DNA from: a virus
Taxonomy: Duplodnaviria > Caudoviricetes
Strand: one strand, 5' to 3'
Virus record (IMG/VR): IMGVR_UViG_3300011335_000532
Span: 1 to 30,264 of that record
DNA length: 30,264 bases
The notes beneath the pieces are model-generated. The model saw nothing but the letters and a program-made list of their open reading frames with translations, had not been told where the DNA came from and did not search any database. The position numbers and the translations under genes are program-made. Shown piece after piece: positions 1 to 9,595 of the stretch. Numbering within the stretch: the first letter of the stretch is position 1; each line of letters opens with the position of its first letter.

Positions 1-432
1 CTGATGGAGTCAGAGGGCATCCGCAACCTGCTGTCCAAGCAGTCCGATGTGCTGGGGCAGGGCTACGCCACGGCCTACGACAAAGCCATGGGGCAGTTCA
101 ACACTGAGCAAGGGCGCAACATGGATGCGCAAAAAGCCAGCGAGGCATCTCGCGTCTACAGCGCGGACTTCAGCAAGGGTCTTTTGAGCGATATGGCAAA
201 TCTTGGCAAAACTCAGCGTGACATTGAGGCCGAAGGCATCGCCGCTGACAAGACTGAGTTTGAAAAGCAGCGTGACTACGACAAAGAGATGGCCCAATAC
301 AAGATCGGGATGCTTCAGAAGCTGCCGGTGGGCTCCAGCACAACGGAAGCCAATACCAACCCAATCACTGACTATCTGAAGAACTCGGGAACAATCATTG
401 CGCTGTTTAAGCAGATGGGGCTGGTTAAATGA
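1..432 (+). CDS. Probable internal virion / DNA ejection protein, 5'-truncated
   Basis: Frame is open from base 1. Gln/Ala/Gly-rich helical protein. Its stop overlaps the next start (ATGA at 429-432). First of three consecutive helical ORFs, as in podovirus ejection-protein clusters (context inference). Confidence 0.55.
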   Translation: MMESEGIRNLLSKQSDVLGQGYATAYDKAMGQFNTEQGRNMDAQKASEASRVYSADFSKGLLSDMANLGKTQRDIEAEGIAADKTEFEKQRDYDKEMAQYKIGMLQKLPVGSSTTEANTNPITDYLKNSGTIIALFKQMGLVK

Positions 433-2312
433 ACCTCGTACAAATTCAAAGCCGTGTGCAGGAGTTGCCCAACTCCGCACAAACCATGCAGTATCTGAAC
501 GCCGCCATGAACGGTCAGGTTACTACGGTGCCCCCGTACATTGCTGCTGCTGAACTTAAGCGCCGCGAGACTGAGGGCATGATGGACCAGTTGGCCAAGG
601 GCGCAGCCCAAGCGTCCGCATCCACGGTCAAGGACCAGCTTCAGCAGAAGATGGGCATCATGGCACTCATGGGGCAGCAGCAACCCCCACAGCCTCCCCG
701 GATACCTCAGCCTGCGCCACCCGAGCAGCAGCCGGAAGCCGGGGGCATTGACTCCCTACCGGTCAAAGAAGACATGTTTGGCATGGCTGACGGTGGCATT
801 GTGGGGTTTAACGGAGATAAGCCGGTAGGGTCGGTAGTTCCCCCGGCGTACGAAACCGCGTACGACCGCATGAATCGGCAAAACCGTGAAGCGGCTGCGC
901 AACGTGCTGTGACGCAGCCTATAGACATTCGAGTACTTACCCGCCTTTACCAGCAAGACCCCAAGCTTGCTGAAGAAGCGGCCCGTAAGGCAGGTCCTGC
1001 GGGTGCGGCGCTACTTGCACGAGTGGTTCAATCAGCGCAAAGCACCGGACCGACAATAGGAACCGTACCAGCGCAACGCGAAAGTGAACGCGCAGCGCAG
1101 CGGCAAGCTGTGCTACAACCCGCACCAGCCGCCCCTGCCAATACAGGTGAAGCAAGTATAGAGGGGCAAGATGCGATCAACGCAGCATTCAAAGCTGCGG
1201 GCGCATCCACCAGCAATCTACCCGCTATGGCACAGGGCCAACGCGCATCAACGGGGGGAAAACCGCCCCCGGTGGTAAAACCAGCCCAAACCGCAGCCGC
1301 AGCAAGACCTCCCGTTGACGCGGGTATTAGCCTTGCGGATCAGGCCCCCGGTCTTAACCTTGAAGACGCCCTTGGCGCGACCGAAGAATACAAACGGATG
1401 AAGCAGCTTGCAAGCGCTCAAAACCCGTATGGCGGTCCGCAGGAAAGCCGAGAGGACTACATCAAGCGCATGACCGAGGGCATCCGCAGCCAGATACCGG
1501 GCGGTAAAATGCCATTTGAGACCTCTGAGGCCCGCCTCAAAGATATTGAAGCCCGCCGTGCCCAGGAAGACACCGATTACGCGGAGTCCAACAAAGGGCG
1601 GCAGCTCGACAACCTGCTGACTTTCATCAGTGGTATGGGCCGTGGCAGCTTCGGTAACGCCGGAGCGCAAGGCATTGAAGCCGTGCAAAAGGTCGAGCGC
1701 AGCCAGCGCGAAGAGGACTTGAAGCGCAAAGACTTGCGTGACCAGCAGAGCATGAAGCTCATGGAGATCAGGTCACTCAACGACCAAGCGCAAATGGCTC
1801 TTGCCCAAGGCAACGTACAAGCGTACGAGAAGCTCACGCAAGAAGCCAAGAAGCTCAAAATTGACTTTGATACCACGCAAGCAAGTCTGAACAAAGATGT
1901 AGCTACGCTGGGTTCTACAGCCCGTACTAAGGATGTTGACGTTGCAGAGAATCGTAAAAAGCTCACCGAGGAGTCTCGGCAGAAACAGCTTGAGCGGGAT
2001 AAGGATGTTCAGGTTGCTCGCATTCAAGCTTCTGCAACTGCTGCGGCCCGAGCTTCAGGCGCTGACGACAAGACGGTGAAAATGGCTGAGGATGCCTTTA
2101 CGAGAGACCCAGAAGCTCAAGCCATCAAAAAGCGTCTTGAGTCGTCTGTCAACCCTGCAAAGCGGCAAACCGATTTGGATCGCCTGCGCGAAATTCAAGC
2201 AGCGAAATACCGCCAGTTTGGAATTACACTTGAGGGCGCGCCCTCAACCGCACCTGCGGCTGGCGGTAATACCCGGATGCGTTTTGACGCGCAGGGGAAC
2301 CCAATCAAATAA
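429..2312 (+). CDS. Probable internal virion / ejection protein (627 aa, coiled-coil rich)
   Basis: Long ORF, Ala/Gln/Pro-rich N-half and charged helical C-half, MADGGIVGF motif, lies directly upstream of the giant protein. Confidence 0.6.
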   Translation: MNLVQIQSRVQELPNSAQTMQYLNAAMNGQVTTVPPYIAAAELKRRETEGMMDQLAKGAAQASASTVKDQLQQKMGIMALMGQQQPPQPPRIPQPAPPEQQPEAGGIDSLPVKEDMFGMADGGIVGFNGDKPVGSVVPPAYETAYDRMNRQNREAAAQRAVTQPIDIRVLTRLYQQDPKLAEEAARKAGPAGAALLARVVQSAQSTGPTIGTVPAQRESERAAQRQAVLQPAPAAPANTGEASIEGQDAINAAFKAAGASTSNLPAMAQGQRASTGGKPPPVVKPAQTAAAARPPVDAGISLADQAPGLNLEDALGATEEYKRMKQLASAQNPYGGPQESREDYIKRMTEGIRSQIPGGKMPFETSEARLKDIEARRAQEDTDYAESNKGRQLDNLLTFISGMGRGSFGNAGAQGIEAVQKVERSQREEDLKRKDLRDQQSMKLMEIRSLNDQAQMALAQGNVQAYEKLTQEAKKLKIDFDTTQASLNKDVATLGSTARTKDVDVAENRKKLTEESRQKQLERDKDVQVARIQASATAAARASGADDKTVKMAEDAFTRDPEAQAIKKRLESSVNPAKRQTDLDRLREIQAAKYRQFGITLEGAPSTAPAAGGNTRMRFDAQGNPIK

Positions 2313-2320
2313 GGTAGCGT

Positions 2321-5300
2321 ATGGCTATTGAAGCACAACTTGCCGATGGACGAATTCTAGAATTCCCAGACGGCACGGACCCGAGCGTAATTCAGGCAAC
2401 GGTTAAGCGGGTTGTAGCTTCAAGCCAGCCCACTACCTTTGGCGGGCAAGTCAAAGAGTTTGGCAAGGGTCTGCTCCCCGGTGCTGTAAACCTGCTCGAA
2501 AGCGCGGCTACCGGTGCTTCTGCCCTGTTACCTGAAGACCTTGAGAAGTCTGCCCGGGCGAAGATATCCTCAATTGCTAGCGCAGCCAAAGCTCCCTTGG
2601 CTGCCGCCCCCGGCTACGAAGACACCGTTGGCCGCAAGTTTGGTGAATCTGTGGGTTCTGTCCTACCTGTTTTGGGTATGGCGGCGCTTGGTCCTGTGGG
2701 TATTGCTGGCGCTGTGGCTACCGGCGTCGGTGCTGGTGCTGGTGAAGCGCGTACCCGGGCCGAAGAGGGGGGTGCTACAGCAGCCCAACGCGCAGAGGCT
2801 ACGGGCTATGGAGCCCTTGTGGGCTCCACTGAAGCCTTGCCCATCTTCCGAATTATTCAACGCCTTGGCGCTCCCGCAGCAAATGGGGCACTGGCATACA
2901 TACGCCGCGCTTTCGCTGCCGGTGGTGAGGAAGCCGCTCAGGAAGCTGCGTCCAATATTGCACAGAACCTGATTGCCAAAGGCGTCTACAAGCCCGATCA
3001 GGAAGTCATTGAGGGGGTAGGTGAGGCTGCGGGCTACGGCGGCGCTACGGGTGCGCTGGTGCAGGGTGTGCTTGACTTGGCTCTTGGACGCCGCGCCAAG
3101 GGCCCTACAACCCAACCGGGCGGGCCCACTGAAGCTGAGCAGCGCCTGAAAGCTGCCAAAGAGCAAGAGGCGATGGCCCGTGCGGATGCCCTTGCTAAGC
3201 AAGAGGAACAGAAAAACATACGGGATGCACAGGTCCGCCGATTTACCGGGGACCAAGGGGCGCTCTTCCCCGCTGCGGAAACTCCCAAACCCATGCTGCC
3301 CGAAAAGGATTTGCAGGGTAACGTCTTGCAACGTGCCGCGCCTGAAGCGCCTGCGCCATCACTCGCAGAGGACCGCACCGTAGCGCTGAATACGCAGGGT
3401 AAGCCTGTACCCAAACCGGGGTTTACCCGCGAAGAGGCAACAGCCAAGGGCGTTCCCGAACTCCCACTGGAGACAGCCCGCAAGGAAGAAGATGTAATCA
3501 CCGAACGTGGGGCGCTTAGCTTTGAGCTGGAGTCGCTCAGGGGTGATGCTTCCCCCGGAACCCGTGAACGCCGCGCTGAGATCAACGACCGCATATCTGA
3601 GCTTGACGTTGATCTGGCCCGCCGTCAAGAAGAGCGCGGCCCGCAGCTAGCTGCCAAGGGTGCCCCACAAGGGGAGTTGTTCGGCGCTGCGCCCCGGGCA
3701 CCTAGACCCCCAAAGGAAACTGCGCCAGAAGTTACAGCGCCTGTGGCCCAAGAAGGCCAGCTCGATATGGGTATCGATGCGCTCAAGGATTATGCAGAGC
3801 TTGTGCAAGAGCGCGAGATGCTGCGGGCGATTCCCAAAGAGCAGCTCACACCGGAGCTGCAAGCTTACATGCGCAAGATCGATCAGGATATCCGTGATCG
3901 TGTGCTGTATGACCTTGACCTTGCTCAGCAAAAGCGGGCAAAGGACATCGAAGCTGACAAAGGCAAAATCCGCGAGGAAGAGCTTGCTGCGCAGTCCGCG
4001 TTCAACCAACCACCCCCTGCTCCTGCTCCAGCACCCGCAACAGCACCCGCAACAGCACCCGCAACAGCACCCGCAACAGCACCCGCAACAGCACCAACGC
4101 CTGCGCCCGCAACAGCACCAACGCCTGCGCCTGCTCCTCAAGTTACACAGCCGCCAGTTCCTGAGCCCACGGTGCGCCAAGCACCCACGCTGCAAACCAT
4201 AGCGCCACAACTCGACCTCAACCTGCGTTCGCTGCTGGGCATTGGCCCTACGGCCAACCTATTCAAAACCGATGGGGGTATTGTTGGCAAGGACATTAGT
4301 GATCCAGCGCAGGCCGCTGAAGTCAAGACCAAACTGGAAGCGTACCTTGAGCGCCCCACGCTCAGCCCCAACATCGTCGAGCGGGTTGGTACCTTCTTGC
4401 AACGGCCCGAATTCCAAGGAGTTGAAAGTGGACGACCAGAACAACCAGCAAAAGCCCCAGCACCGCCCCCTGCCGCGCCGAGTGTGCCTAAGCAAGACAC
4501 TGAGCCCAGAGGAGGTGAGCCAAGCGTGGCAGTACCTAGTGAGCCTGCCGGAGCCCAGCCTGCTGAACCCGGAGCCGGACCTGCCCCCACCACCGGAGAA
4601 CCTCAAGGAGCTGTCGGACGGGGATTGGTTCTTGTTGAGCAACCTGCTGGCACGGGAGCAGTATCTGGCAAGCCAAAGTCTGCTCCAGTAAAGGGCCGCA
4701 AGATTGCTGGTAAGGCTGGGGCTTCGGAAGCCTCAAAGCCCATCAATAAAGCCATTGATGATCTCGAAGACTACTACCTTGACCCGGACACCAAAAAGGG
4801 GCAGGTGGTCCAGTTCGCCCGCAAGCTGCGCCGGGAGGGTTTGATTGATGCCGCATCAATGGGGGCCATTGAAGACATGTCCAAGGACCGGGACATGGGG
4901 GCCGAAGATGTTATCTCTGAGCTGCAATTCGCCCTGCAATACACCAAGGAGCAGATTGCCAAGGGTGAGCCGCTGACCATTGAGGGCGAGACCCGGATTC
5001 TGTCTGAAGGCGAGACCAAGCTTGTGGATGCGGGTCTGGCCCGACTGCCTGCGCCACAGGTTACCAAGCTTGAGCAGCACTACGGCAGCAAGCGCGATAG
5101 CGCCGAGTTCCTAACCAAGCTGCGCGAGGACGTATACAACTACGTCACCAAGGGTGCGAATGCGGTCGCCAAGTCCATCCGCAGCGCCATCAAAGCGGTT
5201 TCTGAAGGGGTGCTGGCTATCGGCATCATCTTCAACCCGGGCCTGACCGCAAGCCACTTCCAGTTCAACCTTCCCGAGACCATTCAGGCCACGCAAGAAG

Positions 5301-8300
5301 TACGAGCTGAAGTACCTGCCAATGCCAAAGGGTCAATGTCTGCCGAAGCGCAGAAGGTCTACGAGGCCATGGCCCCCGCCGCCAAGGAGTCTGGCAAGGG
5401 CTTCATCGTCGGTGACAAGCCCAACGGTAAGATGCATGCGTTCAAGGCTGATGGATCGCTGATCGTCAGTGCCAATACCCTGACCGGTAAGGATACCGGC
5501 GATGTGCTGGGCAAGTCCTCGCTGGAGGGTGGCCCCAAGATTACCCCTGCGGGTAAGTTCAAACTTGCAGTAGCTAGAAGCACAGAGTACGGTACCGTTT
5601 TCAGGCTTGTGGAGACTTACGATGGCACGGGCTATATCGCCATCCACTCGGTCTACTTGGGTGACCCAAAGGAGAAACGCGCTGAGCGTCTGGCCGCTGG
5701 TAAGGCTGAAGAAAGCCGCGTCACCTACGGCTGCTGGAACCTAGACAACGCAGTCATCAAGGACAAGCTAATACCCAACATTGCCGACCTCAATGGCGGC
5801 ATGATGTTTGTCATTCCTGACAACGACCCGAAGCTGGCGAAAGCGCTGACCACCCCCGGCACGGTCACTGTAGAGGTCAAGGTGCCCGTGGCATCGGGTG
5901 AGCCGTCCACCCGGGGGATGGAGGGTCGTGAAGAGCGTGGCGCTCCCCCTGAGAAGAAGGTCACCAAGGCCGAAGAACGCAAGTCTGTGCAACCCACCGC
6001 TGGCAAGGTTCAGCAAGACCTCGCCAGTCTTCAGGCCGATATCGCCAACGGCACCGGGCTGCTGGCTGGCCTGCTGCGCCGCCTGCTGAAGTCCGGCAAG
6101 GTCAGGCTTGAGGCCATATCACCCGATGGCGATGCCACCGTGGGGGGCGTGTACAACGGCGAGACCGTTGTGCTCTACGCTGCCGGTATCCGCAAGGGTG
6201 AGGCTATAGCCGTTGCGATCCACGAGGTGGGTGCCCACTTGGGCCTGAAGAACCTGCTGGGTGAGAAGCAGTACAAGGAACTGTCACAGCGCATCCTTGA
6301 CATGGCCGCCAGCAAGACCAGCTCCCCAGAGCGGACACTTGCACAACGTGCGCTTGGGCGCATCCCCAAAGAAGATATCGCCCGGGGTGAAGAGGTCTAT
6401 CGTGACGAGGCTCTGGCCTACTTTGCCGAAGAGCTGGTCAAAGCAGAGATATCGGGTGAGCTGGCCAAGACTGGTCCGCTGCGCCTCATGTACAACCGCA
6501 TCCGTGCGGCAGTGCAGGCTACGTTCAACCGGCTCTTCGGTACCAACTTTGGTGTGGGCACGTTCACCCCTGACCAGATCGGCTTCCTCATCAAAGGTGC
6601 GATGGGTGTCGAGGCGTTCACCGATACACGGGCCGGGTCACTGACTGAGACCCAGAAGAAGCTGAGCGTAGCTAAAGGGCAGGAGGAACCTGATCCCAAC
6701 ATCCGCTACTCCCGCACTATGCCGCAGGAGGACATTGACTACATCAACAAGCTGTCCGCTGCCTCACCTCTGCCACCTGAGCAGGAAGCCAGCGTCATCA
6801 AGCAAGGCTATGAGGGTGTCCGCAAAGCGCAAAAGGCTGCGGGGCTAGTGCCTTGGCTCAGGCAGCATCTTGCCGACAAGTACTCCACGGTTCTGTCAAA
6901 GACCAGTCAATACTTCTCGCAGGGTGTGCGTGACTCGTTTGGCAATCTCAACAACGAGGTGCTGCTGCGCCAAGCCGACGACCATGCCAAGGTGACCCAA
7001 GCCTTCTTGCACATGGGTGGCATCGAGATTGACAAAGATGGTTTGGTGAAAATCACCAAAGAGAAAGAGTCTGTAGTCAGTGTGTTCAAGGCTGTCATTG
7101 ACTTTGGCAAAACCAATAGCATGGACCCGCAGAAGTCCATGGAGTTCTTCAGCAAGCTGCTGGAGGGTAACCGCTTGTATGGGCTTGAGAAGCAAGGCTT
7201 CAAAGTGTCCATGACCCGGGAGCAGATGGCTGAGGCCAAGCGCATCCTTGACAACTCCCCTGAGGCCAAAGCCATACTTGATGACCTCAACATCATCCGG
7301 GAGCGGGCTATCAAGCTCATGGTGGCCACGGGGCGCATATCGCAGCAGCAAGCTGACGCATGGAACTCTGCCAAGGACTACGTGCCGTTCAACCGCATCT
7401 TCGATGAGGACGAAGGCACAGGCACCCCCTACGTCATCCGTGGCAAGGGTATTGCTGTGCTGCGCAACATCCCCAAGCTGGTCGGCTCGTATGGCCGCCC
7501 GGTGGAAAACGTGCTGGATGCCTTTGCCGAACGCATGGGTTACATGATCTCGGAGAGCCTGCGCAACCAAGCCTCTGTGAAAACGCTGGAGATCATGCGG
7601 CTTGGTGGGTACGCTGAGAAGGTGCCGTCACCGGACGCCACCAAAAACCCGGGTCTTGTGGTGCCTCGCCTGTACAAGAACGGTGAGCCGGTCTACTACG
7701 AGGTGCAGAACCCCTACGACCTAGCGGCGTTCCAGCAAGCCCCAGAGGTCACCAATGGGTTCATCAACGCCTTGGCGGCTGTATCCCGTGTGCTACGCCT
7801 GTCCATCACGGCCATGCCACCCTTTGCTGCCAAGCAGGTGCTCGATGACGCACAGCGGGCCATGTTCTACTCAGGCGTCGAGCGCCCTGTGGTTGTGGCA
7901 ATCAAGACCTTGTACAACTTCCCACGGATTTTCTTCGGCGAGTTGACTGGGCGCAAGTCGCCTGCGGTCCAGCAGATGGAGTCCTACGGTATCGTGGGTG
8001 ACTATGACTCCAACCTTGTGCGGCCCACTCAAGACATGCGGTATGAACTTGGTATCGACGCCCGCAGCACAGGCGCGAACATCATCCACTTCCTTGAGAA
8101 GATCACCAAGGCATCTGACCTTGCCGCTCGTTCAGCAGTGTTTGACGAAACTATGCGGGAGACAAAGGGTGATGCGCAGCTTGCACAGACCCGCGCCCGT
8201 GAGCTGATTAACTTCAGCCGCAGGGGTAGCAGCAGCACGATGCGCACCGCAACAAAGATAATCCCGTTCTTCAACGCCTATGCGCAGGGCATGGATGTGC

Positions 8301-9313
8301 TGTACCGCTCAGCCTCGGGCATCGACTCCTCCTCTGCCGCCGAGCGTAGCGCAGCCCGCAAGCTGTTCTACAGCCGCATGGGTATCATGATGGGGTTTGG
8401 GTTTATGTACGCCGCGATGATGTCGGGCGATGACGACTACGAAGGCACCATCGAAGAGGTGCGTGACAACAACTGGATATTCCCGGGCGGCTACAAGCTG
8501 CCGGTGCCAAAAGAGATTGGCTTCCTGTTCAAGTCCATCCCTGAGCGAATCATTGGGTACCTGAACCGCTACGGCACTGATGAAGAGCAAGCCGTGTCGG
8601 AAGCGTTGGGCAGCTTGCTCAAGGGTGCGCTTAGCGCGTACACCAGCCCCACTGCGGTGCCCAGCACGATCAAGCCATTCCTTGAGCACATAACCAACTA
8701 CTCGTTCTTCATGCAGCGTGAGTTGGTGCCGTCCTCCATGAAGGACCGCCCCGCAGGGCTACAGTACCTCTCAGATACCTCTGAGCTGGCCAAGCTGATG
8801 GGCAAGGCCGCTGATGTATCCCCCATCGTGGTCGACAACTACCTGCGCGGGCTGTTCGGTATGGCAGCATCTACTGGCTTGATGATGACCGACGCGGTGC
8901 TCAACCCCACCCGCCCTGACCGGCCACTCTACCAACTACCCTTTGCAAGCATTGTGCGGTACGACACCATTGGTGGGCGCGAGAAGGCTGAGTTCTATGA
9001 CCTGCGTGAGAAGGTCATGAAGGCCCGCAACGGGTACAACGCGCTACAGAAAACTGACCCTGCGGCAGCCGATGAGTTTGCTGAAAAGAACTACGCACTG
9101 ATCGACGCAGCGCCGGAAGTCAACCGCCTGCTGACTGAGCTATCCAACCTGCGCAAGGAGCGGGTGCTCTACGAGCAGGGCACTGCTGATGTGGTGGGGG
9201 AGATGAGCGGCACCGAGCGGCGGCAACTGATTGATGAAATCCGCAAGGAAGAGAAGTCAGTGCTGTCTGACGTCCGCCAGCTCAAGAAGCTCATCCGAGA
9301 CGAGCAGAAATAA
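2321..9313 (+). CDS. Giant polyvalent virion/ejection protein (2330 aa): Gly/Ala-rich N-terminus, Pro/Ala linker, YkuD-like L,D-transpeptidase domain, zincin metallopeptidase, LPD38-like C-terminus
   Basis: SD-like AAGGT upstream. FIVGDK...TPAGKF...AIHSV...RVTYGCWN (His1109, Cys1138). AIHEVGAH (His1301) followed by DEALAY. C-terminal LPVPKEIG...IKPFLEHITNYSFF...SPIVVDNYLRGLFG resembles LPD38 of polyvalent proteins (recognised from memory). Confidence 0.8.
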   Translation: MAIEAQLADGRILEFPDGTDPSVIQATVKRVVASSQPTTFGGQVKEFGKGLLPGAVNLLESAATGASALLPEDLEKSARAKISSIASAAKAPLAAAPGYEDTVGRKFGESVGSVLPVLGMAALGPVGIAGAVATGVGAGAGEARTRAEEGGATAAQRAEATGYGALVGSTEALPIFRIIQRLGAPAANGALAYIRRAFAAGGEEAAQEAASNIAQNLIAKGVYKPDQEVIEGVGEAAGYGGATGALVQGVLDLALGRRAKGPTTQPGGPTEAEQRLKAAKEQEAMARADALAKQEEQKNIRDAQVRRFTGDQGALFPAAETPKPMLPEKDLQGNVLQRAAPEAPAPSLAEDRTVALNTQGKPVPKPGFTREEATAKGVPELPLETARKEEDVITERGALSFELESLRGDASPGTRERRAEINDRISELDVDLARRQEERGPQLAAKGAPQGELFGAAPRAPRPPKETAPEVTAPVAQEGQLDMGIDALKDYAELVQEREMLRAIPKEQLTPELQAYMRKIDQDIRDRVLYDLDLAQQKRAKDIEADKGKIREEELAAQSAFNQPPPAPAPAPATAPATAPATAPATAPATAPTPAPATAPTPAPAPQVTQPPVPEPTVRQAPTLQTIAPQLDLNLRSLLGIGPTANLFKTDGGIVGKDISDPAQAAEVKTKLEAYLERPTLSPNIVERVGTFLQRPEFQGVESGRPEQPAKAPAPPPAAPSVPKQDTEPRGGEPSVAVPSEPAGAQPAEPGAGPAPTTGEPQGAVGRGLVLVEQPAGTGAVSGKPKSAPVKGRKIAGKAGASEASKPINKAIDDLEDYYLDPDTKKGQVVQFARKLRREGLIDAASMGAIEDMSKDRDMGAEDVISELQFALQYTKEQIAKGEPLTIEGETRILSEGETKLVDAGLARLPAPQVTKLEQHYGSKRDSAEFLTKLREDVYNYVTKGANAVAKSIRSAIKAVSEGVLAIGIIFNPGLTASHFQFNLPETIQATQEVRAEVPANAKGSMSAEAQKVYEAMAPAAKESGKGFIVGDKPNGKMHAFKADGSLIVSANTLTGKDTGDVLGKSSLEGGPKITPAGKFKLAVARSTEYGTVFRLVETYDGTGYIAIHSVYLGDPKEKRAERLAAGKAEESRVTYGCWNLDNAVIKDKLIPNIADLNGGMMFVIPDNDPKLAKALTTPGTVTVEVKVPVASGEPSTRGMEGREERGAPPEKKVTKAEERKSVQPTAGKVQQDLASLQADIANGTGLLAGLLRRLLKSGKVRLEAISPDGDATVGGVYNGETVVLYAAGIRKGEAIAVAIHEVGAHLGLKNLLGEKQYKELSQRILDMAASKTSSPERTLAQRALGRIPKEDIARGEEVYRDEALAYFAEELVKAEISGELAKTGPLRLMYNRIRAAVQATFNRLFGTNFGVGTFTPDQIGFLIKGAMGVEAFTDTRAGSLTETQKKLSVAKGQEEPDPNIRYSRTMPQEDIDYINKLSAASPLPPEQEASVIKQGYEGVRKAQKAAGLVPWLRQHLADKYSTVLSKTSQYFSQGVRDSFGNLNNEVLLRQADDHAKVTQAFLHMGGIEIDKDGLVKITKEKESVVSVFKAVIDFGKTNSMDPQKSMEFFSKLLEGNRLYGLEKQGFKVSMTREQMAEAKRILDNSPEAKAILDDLNIIRERAIKLMVATGRISQQQADAWNSAKDYVPFNRIFDEDEGTGTPYVIRGKGIAVLRNIPKLVGSYGRPVENVLDAFAERMGYMISESLRNQASVKTLEIMRLGGYAEKVPSPDATKNPGLVVPRLYKNGEPVYYEVQNPYDLAAFQQAPEVTNGFINALAAVSRVLRLSITAMPPFAAKQVLDDAQRAMFYSGVERPVVVAIKTLYNFPRIFFGELTGRKSPAVQQMESYGIVGDYDSNLVRPTQDMRYELGIDARSTGANIIHFLEKITKASDLAARSAVFDETMRETKGDAQLAQTRARELINFSRRGSSSTMRTATKIIPFFNAYAQGMDVLYRSASGIDSSSAAERSAARKLFYSRMGIMMGFGFMYAAMMSGDDDYEGTIEEVRDNNWIFPGGYKLPVPKEIGFLFKSIPERIIGYLNRYGTDEEQAVSEALGSLLKGALSAYTSPTAVPSTIKPFLEHITNYSFFMQRELVPSSMKDRPAGLQYLSDTSELAKLMGKAADVSPIVVDNYLRGLFGMAASTGLMMTDAVLNPTRPDRPLYQLPFASIVRYDTIGGREKAEFYDLREKVMKARNGYNALQKTDPAAADEFAEKNYALIDAAPEVNRLLTELSNLRKERVLYEQGTADVVGEMSGTERRQLIDEIRKEEKSVLSDVRQLKKLIRDEQK
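4029..4131 (+). repeat. In-frame tandem repeat: 12-bp unit CAGCACCCGCAA x~5.5, then a 24-bp unit x2 (PATA / PATAPTPA linker)
   Basis: Read directly: perfect 12-mers at 4029, 4041, 4053, 4065, 4077; CCGCAACAGCACCAACGCCTGCGC at 4083 and 4107. Confidence 0.95.
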
Positions 9314-9340
9314 AAAATCCCCCGGGGGTTGCCCGGGGGT
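9311..9340 (-). terminator. Intrinsic terminator for the - strand arm at the convergence point
   Basis: 8-bp GC stem CCCCCGGG (9319-9326) / CCCGGGGG (9332-9339) with a 5-nt loop, followed on the - strand by ATTTTTTATTT. Confidence 0.85.
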
Positions 9341-9367
9341 AAAACTCAAGGAGAAGCAGCGCAATTA

Positions 9368-9595
9368 TCACAGGATTCGCCACACCCGTATACCCCACCT
9401 ACCGTTTTCGGCGTGTGTGCGGGTCACCACCTTGAAACCCATCGTCCGTGTGGCATCGGCAAGCTGTTGTGCTATTCGCGCTGTGTCAATACAAGGGATG
9501 AAGAAGGAGGAGCCCGGTACGAACTTCTCCCACTTGATGTTTATCGTAACCCCCTCAGTCTCAATCCTGCGGGGCTTTGGCAACGATGTCATCAA
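9368..9595 (-). CDS. Small hypothetical protein downstream of primase-helicase
   Basis: 75-aa ORF overlapping the primase 3' end; SFFIPC...GIRVWR pattern; co-directional with the operon. Confidence 0.7.
   Translation of the reverse strand: MMTSLPKPRRIETEGVTINIKWEKFVPGSSFFIPCIDTARIAQQLADATRTMGFKVVTRTHAENGRWGIRVWRIL

Noticed and set aside
9311-9345. Bidirectional terminator
   Set aside because: The U-tract exists only on the - strand; on the + strand the hairpin is followed by TAAAA.
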